Below are positions 1 to 12,410 of a stretch of DNA of 64,000 bases, piece by piece. Each line of letters starts with the position of its first letter. The stretch's first letter is position 1. The notes below the pieces were generated by a model. That model searched no databases. It was given only the letters and a program-made list of their open reading frames with translations, and had not been told where the DNA came from. The position numbers and the translations under genes were made by a program. The DNA is taken from NCBI GenBank assembly GCA_009914755.4, contig CP068257.2, positions 16,192,001 to 16,256,000 on the forward strand, given 5' to 3'. Origin of the DNA: the human T2T-CHM13v2.0 reference genome, Homo sapiens.

Positions 1-267
1 AAGCCAGCTATCTAGTCATTGATATATTGAACAATTTTATTTGCAAAGCTGTTCAATATCTGCAAATGGTGTTAGTGGCCAAATGAGTATATGGGCTTTA
101 TAACTCAAACTCAGTAAGAGATGTTGTGTATTCCCCACTCCTTTTTGATAATTTGAATTCAAATGACAAATACATGTATGCTTAGGATGAAAAAGTATGT
201 CATAAAATACTAGGTTCACTGGACTACTTTTCACATTAGGCTCATTGAAAGTTTATCTAGAGAAGTC

Positions 268-584
<317 letters not shown>

Positions 585-716
585 TTAGTGAAATGGCTTA
601 CTGTACAAAAAGTCTAAACCAAAGGTTCTCAGGGAACAAAGCACATGTGCAGTTTTAAAACAAAGCAGTGTTTTGTCCCATTGCTGTGATTTGTAGTAAT
701 ACTTTACCCACTCTGA

Positions 717-1088
<372 letters not shown>

Positions 1089-2347
1089 CCCATACTACTC
1101 CCTCTTAATAAACAGTTTCCACTGATAACATAAAGGGCTGGTATAAAAATGTCTTTAAATGAGTAAGCTTTCTTTGGTAAAATTAAATCATACAAATTAT
1201 TTTTAAAACCTTCTGATATATACAATATTTAGCCCAGTTTTCTAATTTTCTGGATGTAAAACAAAAGGTTTAACATACATTCCTTGAGCTGTTAGTGCTA
1301 TTGAAATCTTTTGTCCCATTTAAGTCCTAAACACTTTTGGTTGGTTGAGTAGCATGTGAGTTTTTTTGGGTCTCATAGCATGCTTTTTGGCTTAATTTCA
1401 GGTTTATATATATAAATAAAGGAATTAAGTAAAAATAAAATTTGAGTTACTTTTTGAAAGCACCTGAAATCTTGGATTGGAATACGTTGTCTATTTCAAG
1501 TCTAAAGCTGTGGTTTTCCCCTTCTGCTTTACTCTTCTTCAAATGTTGTTGTAATGTAATTCTTTCCTGAGCTTTCCCTGTTTCCTTAATAATGCATAGG
1601 ATGGCAATAAAAATAGTTTTAAATCTCATCCCTCCATGAGAGGTTAGCTCCCCAAGTATAAGCTCCTTTTGTATTGTACTTGTAATTGCTCATTCAATGT
1701 TGGTATTGCCTGGTAGACTGTAAGTTTCCTGAGGGCCAAGAATGCTTTTGCCTCTTCCATTGCTGCTTCCCGAGTACCTTCTGTATATTTCATAACCAAA
1801 TAATGTAAATGATATATTCCATTTAAAGGGTCAAAAAAAGTTTGGAAAGAAAGTTTATGTGGGAAGAAAAGGTAATATACTGTTTTCCCACAGACATAAC
1901 AGGAGAATTAATTTATATGCATGTGGAAGCTGTTCAGGAGCTACTCTTAGTTTGCTTTATGTATTTAAAGTTTGTTTTAAGTATCTTTAAGTCTTAAGTA
2001 TCCCTATTTTTTTCCTCTTTTCTAGAATGATTTTGGAATTTCCACTTTTTGTTCTTGTCTACTTTGTGATTACCAAGTTCTCTAATGGTATTTGACAGTT
2101 CCCTTTGTTTTGATTTGTGACATATGATGGATAAATATAGTTAACAGATATAGAGGGGAAATTGTCACATTTAATACATGTAAACCTGTGATTTTAAAAA
2201 GAGGAACTACTCATATATATGTCTGTGATGAAACAAAAAATAGATTATCTCATATCTAGAAATAAGAAAAGGTTATTAAAATTCAGAGGAAATAAAGCTA
2301 GCAACCCTGCCTATACCAAAGAATATTTTGATTTTCATAGTGCCTTT

Positions 2348-2570
2348 CGTCAACTAAAGAAAGAAACTGAGGCAAATTAACATAAGTCGAGAATTTATTT
2401 GGGCCAAATTTGGGGACTGCAACCAAGGAGACACAGATTCAAGTTGCCATGAATATATGCTTTGATTAGCAGTAGTTACAAGTTGGCTTTCAATACTCAT
2501 GTCTCTCTGGATCTGATACATTTTGCATACCTCACATAGCTCAGACATCTCTGAGCTACTTTTCTTCTCA
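2348..2570 (-). mobile_element. ERV LTR copy, the 3' LTR of a minus-strand provirus; shorter copy
   Basis: Co-linear similarity to 7995-8473 ('ctaaagaaagaaactg.ggcaaa.ttaa.ataagt.gagaatttatttgggccaaatttgggga...catacctcacatagc.cagac..ctctgagctacttttct'). A pyrimidine tract at 2571-2582 is a PPT (aaaaaggggaaa) on the minus strand. Confidence 0.6.
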
Positions 2571-3299
2571 TTTCCCCTTTTTGATTGAGATCTTCCTCTT
2601 CTGAAAGCATTGATAATCAACATTTTAAATGTAGCTTTTCCCCATATTGCTAGGAAGGCTCATTCCCGGGTAATCTCTCTCTACATTGGAGGGAAAGAGG
2701 AGAGGCACTACAGCTTAAGAATTTAGTGAAGTCTTAGGCTAAATTAACTGGAAACACAAAGGGGCAGAGGAATTGGGTCTCAGGATTTCATCCACTTACA
2801 AAGGAAGTATGGCGTGTTGAATAATTTCTATGCATCTAGCTATCATGAGTTTAGTTTCTGTCAACAAACACTTTAGATAGAGAAATGCAAAGCATAATTG
2901 ATTTAAGAATCAAAAATATGACACAAATAAGGACAATTACTAATTAAACAATTTGAAATCCAAATGTGAGAAATATTCCAATACCTGAAGGTAACCAGTC
3001 AAATAAATCATATAAGGGGTCTGTCTTTCCAACCATGGGTCATCTTGTAGCCATTTAGCCTTTTGAGTGATCTTTTTAAACTGAGTTTCAATTTCTTGTC
3101 CTGGTCTGAAGAACCAGGTGACTGGCTGCAGGTCAGCTTCAGTTGGAGATCTCTGATGATGGAAGATGCCTACTCACGCAGGGCTACCTTTTTAAAATGA
3201 GAAATGTAAATCCATGAGTCAATGCCTTTGAGTTTAGCTGCACAAGTATTGATAAGTAATACTTGATATAGCTTCTTCCAACATGATTACAGGGAATCC

Positions 3300-3960
3300 A
3301 AAAATCTCAAAGTTGGAAGCCATGATATTTGATGTCATAAACTCCCAAGAGCTTGCTGTTAAAAGAATCCTCAATTAATTTAGAATTTTTAGTGAAATGC
3401 TTTTTAATGCCTTGGCAATAATGAAGACTATCATCTTTAAAGAGAGCTGGTTTATAGACTCCTTCATCCAGGCACATGGGGCTTCCTGGTATCATTTCAA
3501 AGGGAAAAAGCTGATGTTTTCCAATTGGGTAGAATGTAAGTTAAGCAATAACAATGGAAGAGCCTTAGGCCAGGGAAAGTTAAATGTTTCTATAAGCTTT
3601 GTCAATTTATTTTCTTATTATCCCATTTGTGTGTTCTACTAGTCTGGAAGATGGAGGGTAGTATGTCCAATGGAAATGCTGAAAAATTGACCATATGTTA
3701 CAAATAGACTGAGTTATTTGTCTAGTGAAATGGGTTCCTTGGTCACTGGGAAGACTGGAAGGAACTTTCCAAGATAGAAAAAGACAAGTATTAAAATGGC
3801 CATGGTTAAAGATGCAATTGACAAGGAAATTTGTGCATTTTCTTTTTTTGTTGCCTACAATTCAACATACTAATCATAATTATGACTGATAACATATACC
3901 AAGATATATTAGATTTTTAGTAATCTCATACAATTTTGGGACACACACATTTATACATAT
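3300..3960 (-). pseudogene. Retroviral integrase (pol) remnant; catalytic core with stops and frameshifts
   Basis: Minus-strand translation gives 'LSWKVPSSLPSDQGTHFTRQITQSICNIWSIFQHFHWTYYPPSSRLVEHTNGIIRK'. This follows the IN core pattern 'FG.P..L.SDNG..F......Q....LGI...H.AY.PQSSG.VER.N..IK', including the catalytic E in 'LVEHTNG'. Upstream on the same strand '...ATKKENAQ' resembles 'AFPTKKETA'. Confidence 0.65.
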
Positions 3961-6900
3961 ATAACTCAAAGCTAAATGCCATTTCTTATTTGACAGTTTT
4001 TTCTGTATGATTTTTTACATACTGAATAAGCCCAGTATCTCTCTTTGGAACTTCCAGGGGTTCTTTTTGGGATGTCCAAAAGTTAGTTCCTGATGAAATG
4101 ACTTAATTTAGAATTTGAAATTTGATTTTGAGAAGTTTATTAAATATTAAAGGTTTAAAACCCTGGAGCAAAATGGAATAATTTATTTAGCCAAAGTGAT
4201 GATTAAAATATTTCAAAAAGCAAAAAAACAAAATGAAACAACAATTCCTTATCTTTGATAGAGAGATTCAGTTTTCTAAACATCAAGACTTAATAAAGAC
4301 AGCATGAGACCAATAGAATCTCTCTCTCCTTCTCTCCCTATTTTTTTTTTTTTGCAGTTTACTCAAAAGATGAAATCCTTTTACTACTTCTTATTAATAC
4401 TACACAAAAATCTTATTCACAAGAGAAAACCAAATTCTACCTTTGTATTATTAATGGTGAAAGTAATTTTAATAAAACCCTACAAACAGATCTATCCAAT
4501 CTCAATCAGCTTTAACCACACAAGATAAGATTTCTATAAAACTTTTATAACCTCTTACAATTTAATTCCTTCTTTCCCAGACTTTCTATATCCATTTAGT
4601 TTTTTTATTCCTTTAATTTAAAATAACCTTCAAATAACCTGTAAGCAAAATTACTTTTCCTTTAACCAAAACCATATTCTCCTGCCTTTCTTATAACCTT
4701 CTTTACCAAAAAACACATCCTTCTTTTCTTATGTACTCTGTGTACAAAAGAATTCTTTTGTATCTAGTAGTTTTAGTTACATATTAACTATAATTTTACC
4801 TCTTAGTGACTCTAATTTTCATTGAACAACCTAGTAAGTAAGAAATTTTAATTATGTATCAGGTGCAGAAGCTAGGACAAAGGACATAGCTGTGAAGACA
4901 ATACCTAGAGACTCTTACCCTGCTCCAGCATGGTTATAAGGCACAACTGGGCCAGGGAAGACACATTGGGTTTGGCTCTGACATGCAGCTGGTGGCCTAA
5001 GTGCTGTCAACATACACATGTTTTCAGGCATCACCATGGCCACCTGTCTAGATGTCAGAATCTAAAGGCTCAAAACCAAAGACATAGGCTCACAAACAAT
5101 TAAGCAGGTATAAAAAAAAATCATGGAAGCAACCATTTTAGGATGTTTAAAACATCTAGCAAAGACAGTATAAATTTGTCTTACCTGTAGACCCAGGTAA
5201 AAATATCTAAAATTAAATTTAATTTCGTCAATCTTGAAGACATTTCTATTCTGTTTTGCCAACAATTTAAAGACTAGTTTTGTTTACAAAGATTACTAAA
5301 GTCTTACGAATTTGAAAAGTGTTTAGTCTTATTTACTTAATTTATGAACACTCATTTCTTTATAAATCAGTTTGGTACCATGTGGACAACATGCAAACAC
5401 AGACATGTGCACATGTACACATAAAAATACAGATACACACAAATAAAATCTCATAACTTTGATTTTAAAATTCCAGCCATGAGACTGGTAAAATTCTCTA
5501 GTTTAAAAGGACAGTTAGATTAAACTATACCTCTGTAAATGGAACAGTTAATCAGTCCCCAGGGTAGCAAGTTTACATCTCAAAGCACAGGGAAAGAATT
5601 TAAGCTTTATTATTATTATTTAAGGAGTTTGGATGTATTACTTAGAGGAAGATTAAAAATGGATACCAAGGTAACACAAAAGCATAAGCATTCACCACAG
5701 GACTTTATAAGAGAACAATTTCATTTAGATAGGTAGCTTCTAATTTAGTCTCCATTTTCTAACTGGACCACTGAGCTCCGGGAGGAGCCCATTAACAAAC
5801 AGTCCTGACAAAAAATTAGCAGTTTGCAGGAGGCAGAGCATCAAGGTCTTTAAAAATCAAGGATCTCATCTTTACACGAAATCCTGGGTCCCCCTAAAGA
5901 GGGAAATGCCTTGGGACGGGGCTACACAATGTTTCCACAGTGCTACTCACTACAAAGACATTCTCCTGGGGCTGGGGCGGTGGGTGACCCAATGCCATCA
6001 GCCCCCTCTGTGATCAGCCCATTTCCCAAGAGAGTTTTATCCCTTGGTGATGAGGGTTGCTATATCCTCCAAATGTTCAAACTGCACCTTTCTTATCTAA
6101 AGACACAAAGAAATGAGTGGCCTTCTGCAGTAATAACCATTCATTGTAACTGCTGTCAGCCCCTTCCAAAACTTCAGTTCTCGCCAGTGACTTGCCAGCT
6201 ACAAAGAGGTCACAGAAAGATCAAGTTTCAGCTGATAGTACAAGGTAATCCCTGTTACTCCAAAAGCCAAAAAAAAATCAGGTAACTCAATGCAGAAGAG
6301 AACAAAGCTTTAGACCTGAGAGGAGCCTTCGTATGACTCTCAGAACTCCACAAGGATGACAGAAAACCTCCAAGCGAGGGGTGTGCATGGCACCTTTTTC
6401 TGTGTTTCTCAAGGGGTATCGGGATGTTAGAAGGCTCTTCTAGACTTCTTCATGTGGCACTGAAGATGGTAAAGGGAAGGAGGAGCAGAGTAGAAGGAAA
6501 TGGAAGAGCAAGTCTTAGAGGAGCCAATTTGGGGAGAACTTTCTAAAAGGCCAATGAAGTTTTATATTTTTCTCAGCAAAAATCATGCCAGCAAGAAAGG
6601 AAGCAAACAGAGGGAGCAAGCATCCAATTAAAAAGGAGTTTTAGGAGTTTTAGTTGACTGGAAAAATTCCTGGAAATGGATCTAAAAGGGAGCAGAAATG
6701 CCTTGCTTTTAAACCATAGATGTTTTAACAAACAAAAACCTTCAAATCCCTTATAATCAGATTTCAGCCAGGACAAACAAAAAGTAGGCCTCTCATTCAA
6801 TTTGTTTGGTTCTAAAATGTGATTTATTTTTCAATTGTGTGTGCAAATATATTAATTTAGGAATTTTAAATCACCCTCATTTTTGCCATTGTGATGGCCA

Positions 6901-7569
6901 TTTGGGGGTCATCTTGAGTCATGTGGGTCCATTTACATAGGTATTTGCCAGATGGAGCTTTATAGGTATTACATGAAAACCCAGCTAGTGTTTCCAAGGG
7001 GGATTGTCCCTTCAGGGAAAGCTCAGTTTTGATGAGCAGTTTCCCATAATTTTAGAAATTCCTTTTCAAATATGACCAAGGCCAGGACAGTGTATCAGGT
7101 TGAAGTGTGCTGTTTTGTGAGTGTCACTTCTCAAAGAGTCACCAGAGAGTCATGACTTGCTTTTCATGTGTCTTGTAATCTCTGATCACCTTATGGTGGC
7201 AGAGTGTTCAAGACGCCAGGCAACCAGCCCTCGCACGTACCTTCTGGCTGAGCTGAAAGTCATCACAGGTATTCTTGCAGACAGGACCTATGATACTATG
7301 ATACATCTTGAACAGATGTTCTGTATCTTCATAAAGTCTTTAGTCACCTACAGCACCCAATTGAGTTTGGAGGTAGCAAGTTTCTCTCAAATTTCAGGGT
7401 GAGAGAGCTCAACCTCATGCACCTTTTGGCTTAAAACTAGCAGGAATTGGTCACAAATAAAATGACAATTGTGAATCACAAGCAGTAAGAAGCAGCTACA
7501 ATTTTAAAAGAATGTAATTTATGTAATTTCAGGCCAAAAAAGGGAAACTGGCAGTGTTAGACTGCCAAT

Positions 7570-7698
7570 GCCATAACCTGAACCTCTTGCCATGAGCGGA
7601 GGCAGAGAAGGCAGAAATTTTCTGCAGAGTGGTGTGCTGCACCATGACCTGAACCTCCTACCATGGGGCAGAGGTAGGGAAGGTATTTCTCTGCAGAG
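7570..7698. repeat. Diverged tandem duplication, two units of about 60 bp each with period about 70 bp
   Basis: 'gccataacctgaacctcttgccatgagcggaggcagagaaggcagaaattttctgcagag' is followed by 'caccatgacctgaacctcctaccatggggcagaggtagggaaggtatttctctgcagag', about 75% identical. Confidence 0.6.
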
Positions 7699-7737
7699 GT
7701 TTTCACCTGAAGCTCCCATTCAGAGACGGAGACCAAA

Positions 7738-7790
7738 GCCTTCAGTCTTTAAAAACAAAAACAAAAACAAAAAAAAAAACAACAAAAAAA
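7738..7790. repeat. A-rich simple repeat, (AAAAC)n-like
   Basis: 'aaaaacaaaaacaaaaacaaaaaaaaaaacaacaaaaaaacc'. Confidence 0.8.
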
Positions 7791-7964
7791 CCCCAGCCCA
7801 AATAAAGCCTAGACCTCAACTGAGAAGAAAGAGGTTCAGATTCAGTAGGACTCACCTTTTGTACTCAGGGAAAGATGTGGAGACAGAGAAACACAGTAGG
7901 TTTGTGCTGGTGCTGAGTGCTGAGTCCAGGAGGGATCACTAGGTGGTCCAGGGTGTGAGGAGGT

Positions 7965-7989
7965 TGCTCTGAATCCTGACAGCTACACC
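7965..7989 (-). promoter_or_regulatory. Candidate primer-binding site of the provirus, resembling the tRNA-Ser 3' end
   Basis: The minus strand reads 'TGGTGTAGCTGTCAGGATTCAGAGC' immediately after the 5' LTR. The remembered tRNA-Ser complement is 'TGGCGTAGTCGGCAGGATTCGAACC'; the differences are mostly CpG-to-TpG/CpA. Confidence 0.35.
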
Positions 7990-7994
7990 AGATA

Positions 7995-8473
7995 TGTTGA
8001 CCTAAAGAAAGAAACTGGGGCAAAATTAATATAAGTAGAGAATTTATTTGGGCCAAATTTGGGGACCGTAACCCAGGAGTCACAGATTCAAGCTGCCCTG
8101 ATGGTATGCTTTCATTAGCAGCAGTTACAACTGGATTTTAAAAGAAAAAAGGAGTGGTTTTTACATTGGTTCATTAAAATAACATAAGCTAGTGATTGGC
8201 TATACATATTATTCTTTGTATCACAAATTCTAGAACCATAAAGATAATGAGTGAGGGTCACATTGTGCAACTTGTGATAACATTTTAGGTAATTTATCAA
8301 CTAGTCTGGAAACTGCAGAGAAGCAAAGAAAGAACAAAATGCCTTTAAATAATTGCCCCTGGGAATGGGTGCACCAGGAGTGTGCTGAAGTTTCTTACTC
8401 ATGTCTCTCTGGGCCTGATTAATTTTACATACCTCACATAGCACAGACCGCTCTGAGCTACTTTTCTTTCTCA
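7995..8473 (-). mobile_element. ERV LTR copy, the 5' LTR of the minus-strand provirus; longer copy with about 250 bp not present in 2348-2570
   Basis: Homologous to 2348-2570 at both ends. The middle 8130-8385 has no counterpart in the other copy. Confidence 0.6.
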
Positions 8474-9799
8474 CTTTCTTCTAAGGAGATCACAAGTATT
8501 TCATGTATTACCTTATGTTCATGACATTCTTACTATTGTATATCTGCTTTATATTGTGGCATTGAAGGTTCATCTCCATGGTGGCAGAGATGAACATGAC
8601 TCTGAGAGCAATGACTTTCCCATCAATCATGAAAGACATATTTATTCACCACCATTCTGTATTAGGGATCCTATTGTGTACTGAGTTACTGCAGTACCCA
8701 CAAGGGAGTCTCTGAAAATTCTGACCCCCAGGACCTCTATAGGGCACACTTGGCATCAGATTTAATTGGAAAAGCATAAGGCAAGCCATGCAGCATGCCA
8801 GAATGACAGCATCAGGCACCCCTTTTTAATAAGACTTCTTGCAGAAGTCCTCACACCAATCAAAAAGCAAATCTCTGGCTTTTAAGTTGACAGTTAAGGT
8901 GCAAGGAGATGAGACATGTACATATGGTCCATCTTGGCTTAGAAGCCTTGTGTCTCCAATAAGATCCTGTATTTCTTACAATGTTTGAGGCATCAATTCC
9001 AGAGTCCCTGCAGTGAGCCTGCCCAGCTGTGAGAGTCATCACACTTAGGGATCCCAAAGCTATGGTTTCCCACTAAGTATTTATAGTTTATATATAGTTT
9101 CTTTCCTGTCAGATGCAATTTGTCATTTTTTTAATCATAAGAAATATTGCCTAGTAGCAATATTTTCATCCTACCCTTTGCAGATCTCCAGGGAAACAGT
9201 GCTATAAAGTTAACCCAAGGTCAAGTTTGTTCATATAGGACAAAAGATTTTGTTAATGCTTTAACCACAGATAATGCAGTCTTTTTTATACTATTAGGAC
9301 TAGGTCACAGGTTTAGCAGATCTTATTAGTTACTGATCAATTGACACATTTTCTTTGGTTCTTGATAAAATGAAGTCAGTTACGTTTAATTTACTAGCTA
9401 ACAAAAATATTTTCCAACCTTTTTGTCTTATAAATAAAATCCTGTTGTACTGTATTTTGTATTTACGACTATAGGAAGAGATAGAATTAGCTCTTGGCAT
9501 TTGTCTGATAGAACAGATCAAATGCAGGGCAGAATGCAGCCCCACTGTTAGGAATTCCTAGTGAGTTAAAATGTAATCCAGAGTGAAACAACCTCCAATG
9601 TATAATCTTGACTCTCCATTTACATCTAAAAAGGCGCAGATGACGACAGATCTTTCCAGGCATACAGAAAATACAGACATACCCCAACAGTATTTCTCCC
9701 AGTTTAACATTTTTCCATCAGAATGCCTTGTGACTTTTTATATCTGAACTTCATAAAGCGTACGCATCTCTTAGCCGATGCACGTTTAGGACAAATTTA

Positions 9800-10520
9800 T
9801 ATTTGTGCCTATAAAATGTGATATGGTATGTATTTTTTAATGTATAATTTTCATGTGATAAAATGTGTAGATTTTAAGTATATTGTTCAATAACAAAATG
9901 AATATACCATAACATTATAATAGCAACATAACCCTACACCATTGTCAATAACAATGTAAGCTACATCATTGTTGAGATATAAAACATTTCCAACACTTTA
10001 TAGTAAATTCCCTTATGCCTCTTCCTGGGCTCTTTTCTCCTCATCCTGAGATAACAACTCTTAATTTCCATCAATATCAATTAGTTTTACCTATTCTGAG
10101 CTTCATGTAAATGGAATCAAAGTGTATGGTCTTTTCTGTGTCTGTCTTCTTTTGCTCAACATGTTTTTGTGATTGATCTATTGTATACATCAGTAGTTCA
10201 TTCATCAATGTATGAATATACCACAATTTGTTAATCTCCTACCTATTGTTGGACCATTATGCTATTTCCAGTTTTAAGCTATTATGAATATGGCTGTGAT
10301 AAATATTTTTGTATGAGCTTTTTGTGGACATGTTTTCACTTCTCTTGAGTAAATACCTAGAGTGAAATTTCTGGGTCATAGAGTAGGTACATGATTAACA
10401 TTGTAAGAACCTTCCAAACAATTTTCTGAAGTAATTTCCATTTACCTATATCATTTTGTGCACTAATACACACATCTTTGCTTGCATTAGGTGTTGTCAA
10501 ACTTTATTTTTAGCCATTCT
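9800..10520 (-). mobile_element. Old L1 (L1M-type) 3' end: ORF2 C-terminus and 3' UTR
   Basis: The reverse complement matches the L1M 3' region, e.g. the rc of 'aaactggaaatagcataatggtccaacaataggtaggagattaacaaattgtggtatattcatacattgatgaatgaactactgatg...'. Confidence 0.8.
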
Positions 10521-10559
10521 AGTATGTAAAGCTTCAGAAGAAAGAAACACGGCGATAAC

Positions 10560-11290
<731 letters not shown>

Positions 11291-12115
11291 CAAGTCACAT
11301 GTTGATATTTTGAAAAATTCTTGAGGCTTCAAAAAGAAGATGTTTAGTATTTTGTTATATACCACATAAGCGATTATGAGGTATATTAATTTATTGGTTA
11401 TTAAGAAGTATGTTCCTCTTGAGCATTTTACCCCCTAACAAGATGTTTTATTGAGTTTTAGTTATGTTTGAGGAAATTGGCTGTCGGTTATGGTTGACAT
11501 ATTCTGCATTATAATTTTTCCCATGTAAAATCATGATAATTAGGCTCCCAGTTAGCATTTTTTCAATAGAACTAACCAAGAACAGATTACTGAAATTAAG
11601 ACAGAGATGACGTATTGATTGATTGATTAATTGAATTGTACATTTTAAAGGAAGAAAGTATTTAAAGAATTCCAATGCTTTTTTTTAGGTGTTAAATATT
11701 TCTTAAAATAATCTAATAAACAATCTAAGTTTTGTCTAAGGCTTCTCCAGAAAAAAAAGAGCCTGTGTACACTAAATGTCTTCTATTAAATAAAAGTGGT
11801 TGGTCAACTTGAAGAGGCCGCCAGGATTCAGGAAATGGGTAGGCTTCTAATTTACCTCTAGAGTAGGTTTCTCAATCCTGGTATTAATGACATTTTGGCC
11901 CACATAATTCCTTGTTGTGGGGGTTGTCTGGCATCGAGTGATGTTTAGCAGCATCTTTGGCTTCTACCTACTAGTTGCTAGTTGTGACACCCTCACTTGT
12001 GACAACCAAAACTATCTTCAGACTTTGCTAACTGTCATATGGGGAGGAGACCCCCTATACCCAAACCCCATTGAGTAAAACTACTCTAGAGTTTATCTTA
12101 ACTATAGGTCCATTT

Positions 12116-12410
12116 TGTATTAATCCATTCTCACACTGCTATAAAGAACTACCCGAGGCTGGATAATCCATAAAGAAAAGAGGTTTTATTGACTCACTGC
12201 CCTGCAGGCTGTACAGGAAGCATGACTGGGAGGCCTCAGGAAACTTACAATTTTAAACCATTAGAACTTGTGAGAACTCACTATCACAAGAAGAGCAAGG
12301 GGGAAATCTGCCCCCATGATCCAATTACCTCCTACCAGGTCCCTCCTTCAACACTGGGAATTACAATTCAACATGAGATTTGAGGGGGAACACAGAGCCA
12401 AACCATATCA
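12116..12410 (-). mobile_element. THE1/MST-type MaLR solo LTR with an internal deletion
   Basis: 'tgtattaatccattctcacactgctataaagaactacccgaggctggataatccataaagaaaagaggttttattgactcactgccctgcaggctgtacaggaagcatgactgggaggcctcagga...cccatgatccaattacctcctaccaggtccctcc...gagccaaaccatatca' is the reverse complement of the THE1/MST consensus (TGATATGGTTTGG...GACTAATACA). Confidence 0.8.

Larger units (their letters stand above)
2348..8473 (-). mobile_element. Degenerate ERV provirus: LTR, internal region with integrase remnant, LTR
   Basis: Two same-orientation LTR copies lie 5.4 kb apart. The integrase remnant sits near the 3' LTR on the minus strand. The PPT abuts the 3' LTR and a PBS-like motif abuts the 5' LTR. 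A possible 4-5 bp TSD ('ccttt'/'ctttc') flanks the element. Confidence 0.55.

Noticed and set aside
5911-6285. 124-aa plus-strand ORF inside the degenerate provirus
   Set aside because: No similarity to gag, pol or env motifs, or to anything else I recognise. It is probably a chance ORF in degraded ERV internal sequence.
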